NCBI RefSeq assembly: GCF_041956535.1
Contig: NW_027192222.1
Coordinates: 84,426-148,425, forward strand
Length of the DNA: 64,000 bases
Direction of reading: 5' to 3'
Source of the DNA: Calcarisporiella thermophila CBS 279.70
Taxonomy: Eukaryota > Fungi > Calcarisporiellomycota
In this document: positions 53,765 to 64,000 of the stretch, in pieces
How positions within the stretch are numbered: position 1 is the first letter of the stretch
How the letters are laid out: every line of letters starts with the position of its first letter
Notes under the pieces: generated by a model
The model's input: only the letters and a program-made list of their open reading frames with translations
The model's database searches: none
Told to the model about the DNA's origin: nothing
Made by a program: the position numbers and the translations under genes

Positions 53765-56700
53765 TTACCAAAACGCGCACCATCCGATATAGCACTGGCA
53801 CAGGTTCTCGATGGACACGGCTTGCTGGATGAGTTTGTCGACCTGAGTGGCCACGTCCAGGTTGACGGTGGATTTGAAGTCTCGCCCCGTCAGCTTGTTC
53901 GACACGCGGTTCAAGACCGCGACCGCCCGAAGATTCTTGCCCTCGTCGAACTCCATGTTGATCAGCTCGTTCTCGTTTCGCTGCACCTTCCGGTGGTCCA
54001 CGTTGCCCCCCGCGTCGACCCCCGCCACCGCGCCACCCCCGCCATTGATGAGGCTGCGCGCTTGGTTGCCCTTTTGACCGCCTCCCTTACCATCTCGCTG
54101 CCTATCATTCGGAAGGAAGACTCTAAAGTTCAACAGGGGATCGTACACAAACGCCTCGAGCACCGCCATCAACGACTCCTTGTTTTCGCGCAGCACGCGC
54201 ATCGTATGCTCGCACGTGATTCGGAAGCTGCCCTCGATGCCGGACACCTCCATGGCATTGACGAGCATGCGCGTCAAGCGGAAGGGGATTCTCTCGGGGA
54301 ACTTTTCGCGGTTCATGGCCACCTCGAAGCAGTCGCCAAAGTCGATGTGTACCACGTTGCCCGTGGTGCGCTCGATCATCAGGTTGGACGGGTGCCGATC
54401 GCCCAGGCCGAGGATGTAGCCGACCATGGACATGACCGCCAGCGAGCGTGTGTAGTTCGTGCGACGCTCGAGCCAGGACTCCGAGTTTTTGCTCTTCAGC
54501 CACAGGACGCGATAGAGGTCCTGCCCCGTCGTGTTGTCAAGGGCGTACTCGAACACCTCCACCTTCTGCAGCAGACTCAGGTTGTCGTAGTCGGGAGCCA
54601 TCGAGAGCATCAGTCGGTGTTCGATGTTCAGCAGGATGGACCGCGTGTCTCGATACTCGCGTATCAGAGCATGCATAGTGTCCGTGTACGGCACCCACCC
54701 GATCAAGCCCGAGTTCGGCGACAGCGGCGTCACAGAATATCTCACGATTCTCAGGTGTCTTCGGTATGTCTCCACATCGCCCAATAAGAGGGCGTTCACC
54801 AACTCAAACACTTGCATGACCCTCTCGTCGAGTCGCAGATCCTCTCGCCCCTTCAAAAGGTACTGATACTGGTTGCCGTCCATGCCCTTGATGGTCATCT
54901 TGCGCGGCCGCTGTTTCGAGGAAATCACTGAGAGTTTGGGAGCAAACGAGGCTATCCGAACGACCGGCTCTCCACTCCGGTAGGTGCCAGGCACAGCAAG
55001 GTCCAGGTCACGTGCCACCTCGAGTTTGGGAGAGACGAACTTGAGCTCCAAAAGATTCAGCTGGGGGATCTGCTTGCTGACCCGCCGGAACACCTGATAG
55101 TATAGGTCCCACGCATGGTTGAGGTCGTTGATGTCCATTGTCTCTTTGTATCGTCGGCACCAGTCCTGCGCTTCTTGTAAATCCTGCCCGTAAGCTTGTA
55201 TGAAGGTCATCTCGTTAATCGTTTCGCTTCCCCGCCCCAGGAGCTGATGCAGAGGCTCCAGCGTCGAGAACATCCCTTCAATGTTGTGCTCTGCGAAATA
55301 GAGCCTCGAAGCCTCTTCTAGGCCCTCGTGCCACATCTCGTGCCATAGAATCGCAACCCGCACCAACTCTTGACTCACAAGCAAGGCCTGCTCCACCAGG
55401 GTTGGGTGGTAAGAGCGCAGCTTTTCGATGATGCTGATGGCCGCGTTTTTGCGCACAATATTGGGGGATTTACTGGCCACCATGATAGAGTACAGTAAAG
55501 CCTGCGGATGGGCACGGCCGAGGTCACAAAGCAGCTGATGGATGAGTTTGCGCACAGTGGGGTTCGGCGCATGGATGCGCGCGATGAGCTGGGGAACCAC
55601 TTGGAGCCAGGTGTCTATATTGACGGTATTGAATCCCTCCATGATGGCGTGATAAACATCCTGCTGCGACCCATGCTTAAACCAAAGCGTGAGCAATCGG
55701 AGTGTGTCCTGGAGGGAGTTTTTCTTGCAGAGGGCAATGGAGCGGAAGAACCCTTGTACCGCCGGTACGATATGCTGCGCCAGCATATTCGGCTGGGCTT
55801 CCTCCCTCTCATTCTCATAGTGCTTGATCACTTCGTAGTTGGCCAGCGCCCAAGCATGCCATGCCTTGTACCAATTTTCATCGAAGTGGGTGGCAAGTGC
55901 ATAGGATCGCAAGATATCGGGAATGGTGTCCTCTCGCCAGCGATCTTGCAGCGCCACCTGCCATTGCCCTTGCTTCAAATAGCAGCGGGCTAGCAGACGG
56001 ATGCATTCCTCGGATTCGCTCTGAGCCCATACCATGCTCAGTGATGCATCGCGCCCCTCTCCCGTGCTCAAGCCAAGCTCCTGGTATAATCGGTTGGCAT
56101 ATTTTCTCAGGTAGTCCAGGGTGGCTTGTCGCGACTCGCGTGACACATCCGACGCCCACATCTGCTTCAGCCGCGAATACACTACTTGGGGCGGGGCATT
56201 TGTGGAGATGGGATCCTCAATCAGTGCGGGATCGTTTCCTAGAATATTCATGAGAGTCTTCTCCGCCCGCGAGAACCGCCCATTTTTGCGACACAAATTG
56301 GCGAACTTGATCCACATCGCCATGTCTTCCTGCGGGCTTATGACAAGCGCCCGCACTTTGAGAATACGCTGCCACACTTCAACGCTGCGCTGCGTACCCT
56401 TTAGTCGCTTCATCCATGTTTTGCGGGTCACCGCCTGGCGTTCAGGCTGATAGGCATTACGCTTGTACGCAATAATCTCTTCAAGCTCTGCCAGCATCTG
56501 GATTCGAACAATGACATTATAGGCTCGATTGTAGCTTTCGCTCAACAAGGCCGTGAGCTCTGTATCCAGCAGGTTTCTTGTCTTATCGATGTACATAGCT
56601 GCCTCGTCGAACTGGTCTCGATGGACGGAGAGGATTGCGCGGAAGAAGGCGTAGTTGGGAGTGTCAGGCTTCATTGCCACTATATACTTGTCTATTCTAT

Positions 56701-59700
56701 CCCACTGCCCAATACCCCATGCAGCCGTTGCGGCAAGCGGCGCGATATTAAGGCGGTATTCCGCAGTCGCGTAGGGCCACTTCTCTTGCGCGAGCTGGGA
56801 CAGCGCATCCCATTCACCGAGCGCTTGCAAGCATCTCATCCGCCCAAATGCGGCTTCGAAATTGTTCGGATCTTCCTGCTGCTTACGTTCGTAAGCTTCA
56901 AGAGCAACATCCCAGCGCCCCAGCTCCTCGTACCAATACTCCTTAAGTTCGATGTTCAGGTGCTTCTGCCCGTAAATAAGAATCCCGTTGGCGGCATCCG
57001 GCATCTGCAGCTTCTGATTGTAGTGGATAAGCTTTTCCACGGTGCTCTGCTGGTATGGGTCGCCCATAAACTCGAGCTCCTTATAGTGGAGCGCCTTTGC
57101 AAATGCTTGGCATTTCGTGGCATATAGGCCAAGCGCCTGATTCTCAATCCCAAGGGTTTTCTCGTCATGCTCCATGAATTCGGCCAAATTCAAGAGCTGC
57201 TGCATGATCTCCGGCACATTTGAGGCAAGTGCGGTTTTCAGCGCACCCACCAATTCGTTCTGAAAGTCGCGATCCAGTTCCAGCCAACAGGAGACAAAGG
57301 CCGAGTTGAACAATTCTTTGGAAAGAGGCTGGTAGACGTTTGCAAGCTTCGCACATGCACGCAATGCTTGAGAAGGCGATTCTTTAAGTAGCTCCTCTGA
57401 GAAATGGCGCATCCACTCGATCCAGTCCTCCTTGGTCGACCGCTGCGTCGTATCCCAGGCACGTTTCAGAAGCTGTTGGTTGACGCGCAACCCACGGGGG
57501 TTGTCTATTTCAGAGACCGGAAGAGATTCGTCGGGGGTGAAATCAGTATAGTTCTCGTCGGTCGAGAGGGTTGCTGGCTCGACAGGCAACGGCTCATTGT
57601 TGCGAATTTTATTCACAAGCATGTTGTAGAGCGGGTGATGGATCCGTTGATGCTGGATAATTGCGTCAATGGTCGGAATAAAAATGGCATAGGATTCCCC
57701 TAGTTGGGTTGCAAACGAGCAGAGCGTGTCCATCGCCACCTGCCGCAATTCTACAGGACCAGTTGCTAGTACTCTTGTGAGTGCGTGCACAATCCGCGCG
57801 GAATATTCCGCCAAGTTTACGCGGCGACTCAATTGTCTAATCGTCAGGATAGCTACCCTGCGCACAGACACCGGCGCTTCCACTTTTTCAAACAGATTCA
57901 CAATAACGGGCGCAACTAAATGCAAATATTCCTCCAAATTCGGACCAAAAATGGCAAGCGCTTGTAGAGCTTTGAGAGTCATCTCCCGACCAGGCGTGCG
58001 GTCGGTCTCAAAAATCTGGAGCATGAATGGGAGCAGCTCGGGGAGATAGATTTTGAACTCTCCATCCATTGCGACAGCAATCGACTCGACCAAGGAAATG
58101 ATGTTGATTTGCACGTTGTCGCGGGAATTCCAGAAATCGCGAACAAGATTAAATATATCACGGATGAAACCACGAATATGCTGCTTCACGATGGAAACAA
58201 GAATGCTCAGTTGTTTGAAGTAGAAATCAAGGACAGTCCGCGGTTGACAGGTGCGTACAATCTCGATTAAGGCAGGAATAATCTAGAAGCAAGATGGTCA
58301 ATACTCACATTACGATTCAAAATCGATAATTATTAATAGAAAAGGCTGAAGGCAATACATACTTGAGGCAAGAAGGATACGCATTTGAGTCCCATTGTCT
58401 GAAATATATGGCTTACAGATTCGACCACGTAGAAGTGATATAAAGAGAGGGTGGGATCACGCAGAATTTTCATAAGCGATGTAATGACCACGGTGGGATA
58501 ATACTCCTCAGAAGATGGGCCAATTCCTTGCATCAACAAGGCAACGTCGGTATTCGTGGACTTTGGATCCGTTTTACTGTCAATGGCACCAGATACTGTG
58601 TTCTAACGTGACAAAAAAAATAACAGTGGAGGTGAGTGATAGTCATCTCCGGAACGCGAAATTTTCTCTGCTTACCCGCTGCTGATATGGATCCAATGCA
58701 CCCAAGATCCCAATCAGTTTCATTGTTTCTCGCCGAATTGAGAAGTTCTGCTCCTGCCTCAGGAAGTTCAAGAGCACGGGTAATAACATCGGATATTTGA
58801 CATAGGGATCCACTACAAATCCTGTATTGCTCGCTAGATGACCCAGGGTGCGAAGCGCTGCGTCGCGTTTTGTGGTTGAGCTTTGGTCCTGCAGCGTCTC
58901 CATGATGATCGGCATCAAATCCTCTAAGAATGGGATCAAATCCTCTCCTCCAACTCGTGCAAGCTCGCTCAACACTGAAAACACGCTTGCCACCACGCTA
59001 GGACTAGGATCCTTCGCTCTTGGCAATAACACCTTAACAATTGGCTCCACGTACGGCTTAACTAATCTCTGGCCCGCTGCAACTAATAATCCTAGCAGTT
59101 TCGCCGCCTCCTCTTTGTTGCGGCTGACAGTAGAATATTGCAGCTCCATCAGCAGTTGGATGAGCGTCTTACGCAACGAAGGCATAATATGCGCTGGATT
59201 GTGCTGGGTCAATCGTCCAATAATCGCAATCGCCCTCTCTCGGATTTCAAACACCTCGTCATTAAGTGCAATAAAGAGCGCGCGGATATTTTCCGCTTGC
59301 GCTAAATGACGGTCAAACACTTCATCAAGCGAGGAAAGTACACATGCTCGTATTGTTGGATCTAGGAAACCACATAAGACATCAATTGTCTGAAAGCAAT
59401 TTTCCCAAGCAAGCTATGAATAAAACCTGTATCCGCAATACCGACTGCTAATAATTTCTCGAGGACCTGGCCAACAATCTGCACTGCATGGCTACTCACT
59501 TGGTGACATATGGGGTCATGGCGGAAGAGTTGGCAACAGGTAAGTGCCGCAGCCTTCCGAACCTCAGGCGAAGTGTCATCTAGGTAGAGAAGAACTCTCT
59601 CTTTGACAAACTCACTGAGCGAATGATCTACGTATTACCAGACGTGTAAGCACTTTTTACACAAATCTAAAAAGGTTTGCACCTGGTATACACACCCTTG

Positions 59701-61637
59701 AAGTCAAAGGTAGCCAAAGTATTAAGCGCTAAAGTAATCATTCCTGTGTCTCGGCTACCTAGCTGTAGGTCGCGGAGTCCGGTTTGAATATTCGTGGTTG
59801 AGACTGTAGGGGCACCGGGTTGTCGATACGGCTGCCCACTTAAAATAATGGCCAGCATATTTAATAGGTTTTCTGATATATGAAAACATCAATCTTTTAG
59901 AAGATATAAATACACTACAAAAAAAAGCCCAAATTTACCTTGGATGCTTGGTAACAAAGGGGGTATATGCTTTGAGAGCTCAACAAGAGCTTTCCGCAGC
60001 TCATCACTCAATCCACATGCAAACATAATATCCAAGAGTTCGTTTGCATGCTTAGAAAACGTTTGCCCAAGAGCTTCGGCTAACATACTGATACATTTAA
60101 AGAGAGCAGCCTCTAGTTCCTTGCGATTACGGCTGAAGTGGATTGTTAGTATTTCAGGTAGAGATTCATATTTTGTTGAAATACGCGATATCGCTTACGT
60201 TTTTACAACAAACGCCTCTTTGATATGGGTCACAATCGTATCTGCATAAGGGGCAATATTTCGCCCCACTCGCACTGCCACCTCCCCAATGATGAAAAAT
60301 GCTAGAGGTCTCTCGCGTTCTCGCTCTCGTTTTATTTGCCCTGTTAAAAGCGTCATGCACTGGAGCAGATACATTTCCACAAACTCGTCTGTGTTGTACT
60401 CGGCAAGAGTGGGTATTAATAGGATGACGGTTCGACGGATAAGTGCGTCGCGATGGTCCTTGTAACGAAGTACTATTTCGCACACCTCAACGTACTTATC
60501 TCTCATGAACTTGTAAATAGCGTAGTAAAAAGGTGTTAGAATGCTCAGTGCACCTGCAAAATTTAGAATAATATTTACCATTCCAGCATGTTTCAGCAGC
60601 TCCCGGTAGGTTAATAATGACCCATGGATGCAGTCAGTTGTATTTAATTTCATATTCTTGTCTGCTTCGTCCAGCACTCTGCTGTACCACTGCATTTTTG
60701 AAGGGGTCTGACGCTGGTCAATAATGGCTAAACAAGCGCTAAGCGCTTCCGCTGCCGCCTCCCGCACCGAGAGTTTAGCATCGCGAAGAGCAACCCATAT
60801 TAATTCGAGAAACTGAGAGACAAATGCATAGAATAGTGTAGGTGTCTGATAGGCAAGCTCTCGTAATAGAAGCACGGCACCCAGTCGCTTGTTTTCGTTG
60901 CTGTCAGTGGTTGAGAGAAGCATAGTAGATACATCTATTTGGAGTTCAAAACCGGAGGCTCAGCCCATCCACTCCCCTATTCCAAAACATGTGCCAGTAA
61001 TCAAACCTTGTAAATATTCAAAGGCGCGTCTCATTTCAAACTCTACAATCTCGAGAGTCAAACTAGGATTTGTGACTGCAACATGAGCTATTATTGGATA
61101 AGCAGATCCAAGTGTGTGCGCATGAAGTGTAAATTAGTTCATAATTCGATCTGCATAGTTCAAAGGGCTTAATTTTACCCGTAGCTTTAGCTGCCAGATG
61201 CATTAGCTTTGAATCATTACTCGGTATAACCATGCGTAAATAGTTCGTAAATCGCGATATTAGTCGCGTGTTATCTGAGAAGAAATCTACCAAATTATCT
61301 AGAAAGAGAACAAAAAAAGTTCATAATTATTCGCGTTCATGCTCCCTCTGCAGCTCCTCAATGGCAAATTACCAATAGCTAACACTCCGCCCATCTTATC
61401 CACTACATCTGGACTGTTGATCAAATCCACCACTCCCTGGTTGATCACCTCTGTGAGCTTCTGCAAATTTTCCACGCTGGTCTCCCGCAGCAATATTGCG
61501 ACATGGGCTTGGAGCTCGGCAACGGCGCGCTCACGCTGATCATCTTGCCTTGTCCGTAATCGTTTAAATAAGAGGTCGAGTCTGGGAAATTTTCTGTCAT
61601 GAGAGGGGGCAGTTGTGCCCGCGTGAACTGATGTCAT
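53765..61637 (-). CDS. TOR: Target of rapamycin kinase
   Basis: HEAT repeats, FAT, FRB ([17 protein letters not shown]), kinase ([23 protein letters not shown]), FATC (YIGWCAFW). Confidence 0.98.
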
Positions 61638-61867
61638 ATATAAAAATGCTATTCACGGAGACGTATGAGTGAGAGATTCCTTCCAGAAGAGTGGCAAAAA
61701 CGGTGCGGAGGGAGTTAATGTCGATAAGAAATGGTCGGTCAAGATAATAAAAATTTTTCGAGCACTTTTTCATTAATGTGTGGCTTAAAATACGTGACTG
61801 TGACCACATGAACAATTTTGAGCCTATATATTTTTTGGATTATTTTTCGATTGAGTACATTAGAACC

Positions 61868-62925
61868 ATGGCAGATAATTCGCAAGATGCTTCTACAGTA
61901 GATCGAATAAATCCTCCTTCTTCGACAGTACCATTCTTTAAAAAAAGAAATGTTTCCAAAAATATTCGTAAGCGGCCACGATCTCCCTCTCCAGCATCCG
62001 ATGATGATTCTCCTGGCTCTAATGTTGTTGTTCCCGATCAAAAATCTGTAAAAAACCCGCTGATCCAAAGTACAAAATCCGAGAAGAAGACAGAGGGCGC
62101 ACTGACAGTGTCTTATCAGTCGAGCGGTACAGCCTTAATGAATGATACCAACGATGCAACCCGCTACGTCGAGATCGATACCGAGTTCGATCGCGATGCT
62201 CGAGCTTTACTCGAGAAAAAAATCAAGCTAGAAGAGGTAACCACTTATGAATTTTCTTAATGATTTTGCAGATTCAGTTAGAATCTGACTGATCTTTTAT
62301 CCATATATAGGAAACGCAAAAAGATGATCTTTATAGAGGTCAAGCTGCCTATAAATCCTACATTGTACGTCGTGAGCCCTCTTCGGCCGCAAGCGGCAAA
62401 ATGCGTGCCGGTCCTATACGTGCTCCACAAAATATTAGAGTAACGTCGCGATTTGACTATCAGCCCGATATTTGCAAGGACTATAAAGAAACTGGGTTTT
62501 GTGGCTACGGAGATTCGTGCAAGTTTTTGCATGATCGAGGCGATTATAAGAGCGGATGGCAATTGGATCAAGAATGGGAGGCATTACAAGCACGTCTAAA
62601 GCGCGATACTGGCAACCCTATGGCCGACGAGGAAAGCAGCGACGAAAGTAGTGATGAGGAGCTGCCTTTTGCGTGCCTAATTTGCAGAAAAGAGTTCACT
62701 CGGCCCATTGTGACGAAGTGCGGGCATTACTTCTGCGAAGCATGTGCGTTGAAAAATTATAAAATATCCCCCAAGTGCTTTGCATGCGGAGCAGCCACAG
62801 GCGGGGTATTCTCAACCGCAAAAAACCTGGTTGCTAAGCTAGAAGAAAAGAAACTACGAATGAGTGAAAAGGGGGTAGACGATGAAAACTCGGTCGATGA
62901 TAGCTCAGAGGATGATTCTGATTAA
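61868..62925 (+). CDS. CWC24: Pre-mRNA splicing factor Cwc24/RNF113A, 2 exons
   Basis: GPIRAP-NIR, DYQPDICKDYKETGFCGYGDSCKFLHDR (CCCH), RING LPFACLIC...CGHYFCEAC. Confidence 0.95.
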
Positions 62926-63325
62926 GCTTGTTCTTTGTTGAGAAATTACTTTGTAGTATAGATTTTTGTTAATATGAATACACCAATCAATAAAATACTG
63001 GGGGATTTGAGACTTGACGATGAGTTTAAAATGGGCAATCCTAAAATTTATTTTAAATTTAGTATCAAAGACTTTTACAACCCTACAAAAAACTCCAATA
63101 GAGAAAAGAGTTAAAAATCTTATAGAAATCGTAGGGATGTGAAAACATATACAATCGCGAACCTTCTTTTACGATTTCTTATTCCATACTTCAAACTTTT
63201 CTCGACCCTTTCCTTTTCCTTATTTTTATAGATTTCTTTGTAATATTACCCATTCGTTATTAATAGCAGATTAATTAAATGGGATATTTATTTAATTATT
63301 TCGCAATTATTATGGGCTGCACATT

Positions 63326-64000
63326 TTACGGTAGCATTGTTCCGCTTCTTTTTCTTGCAGCTCTTGTCAAATATCCATTTGGCCTGCTTGCTGATTCCAT
63401 CTCTTCGCTTTCACTTGCGTCATTGACACTCTTCCTCTTGGCCCTTTTCCTACACTGTTCTTCCGGCTCTGCATTCTCCTGAGGTTGCTCTCCTTTTGTA
63501 ACGGGTGTCTCCTGTGTTAAATTTGCTCTAATGCTATCCAATCCCTTTCGTCGTCTAATTGGAGGTATCTCTACACGAATATATGGGAGATTCCAAGCCA
63601 GAGCAGACATACTAGATTTAGAAGTTAGAGAATCAGGGTATCAGAAATATCTGCAACTGTTAATATATCTTTTAAAAATTCGTTAATAATTCTCGAAAAT
63701 TTTTGCTTTGCATTCTTCATCCCAACATCAAAAATTGTATACCGAATTTATACCGACTTATATACCAATTATATCGTGGCTTTATCTTCATTATGGCAAC
63801 TCTTTCTACTTCCATTCCCCGTTTTATTTCTCAGTTTGGAACTCGTTTCATGCCAAATGCTACGCGGAAAAGTCGCAAGGCGAATCTAAAGGATACCTCA
63901 TCTTCTCCTACTTACAAAGAGCAATTGGACAGCATTGCTCATTTCTTTTTTCATTCCAGAGATGGGATGCTTTTGTATACTCATTTACTAGAACACACAG
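63326..64000 (-). pseudogene. Fragmentary coding-like sequence, probably a decayed gene extending beyond the window
   Basis: Short protein-like frames (EDEVSFRFALRLFRVAFGM, DEECKAKFSRIINEFLK, ORF 63326-63610) broken by stops and frameshifts. Confidence 0.25.

Noticed and set aside
53726-56450. Long antisense ORFs over TOR (also over GUT1, YME1 and the FLC tail)
   Set aside because: These are shadow ORFs expected opposite GC-rich conserved CDS and have no recognisable motifs.
63888-63896. GTATCCTTT on the minus strand as a U12 intron donor (also on plus near 8848)
   Set aside because: No matching TCCTTAAC branch site follows. One lies in an apparent coding frame (EVSFRF) and the other in TE sequence.

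Overview
Intron-containing eukaryotic genomic DNA with short (~50-90 nt) GT-AG introns. Gene content and style suggest an early-diverging fungus (Mucoromycota/Zoopagomycota-like; inference). About 20 genes are mostly conserved: MSS1, MIC19, an ADCK2/Cqd1-type ABC1 kinase, a subtilisin, a fungal TF-domain protein, dephospho-CoA kinase, a cPLA2/PLB, a TRP-like flavin carrier, GUT1, THG1, PRP43, phosducin-like, YME1, a Nudix/IF-2B fusion, a STE20 kinase, TOR and CWC24. There are two accessory zones. (1) 5.0-10.6 kb is a retroelement pile-up just upstream of a tRNA-Val(AAC) gene. It holds a deleted Ty3/Gypsy element fused to a Crinkler-like remnant, plus two independent insertions of the same non-LTR (LINE-like) family about 3 bp apart, 87-90 bp upstream of the tRNA and pointing away from it. 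Each has a 15-bp TSD, AATAAA, a poly(A) tail and a covarying 3' RNA three-way junction. This resembles Dictyostelium TRE5-type tRNA-gene targeting and is the best candidate for a new system here. (2) 26-37 kb is a ~4.5-4.9 kb tandem duplication carrying two decaying NB-ARC-TPR-ankyrin NLR-like genes and a captured THG1 fragment, followed by a small secreted Thr/Cys-rich peptide gene. Exon boundaries were read by eye and are approximate.
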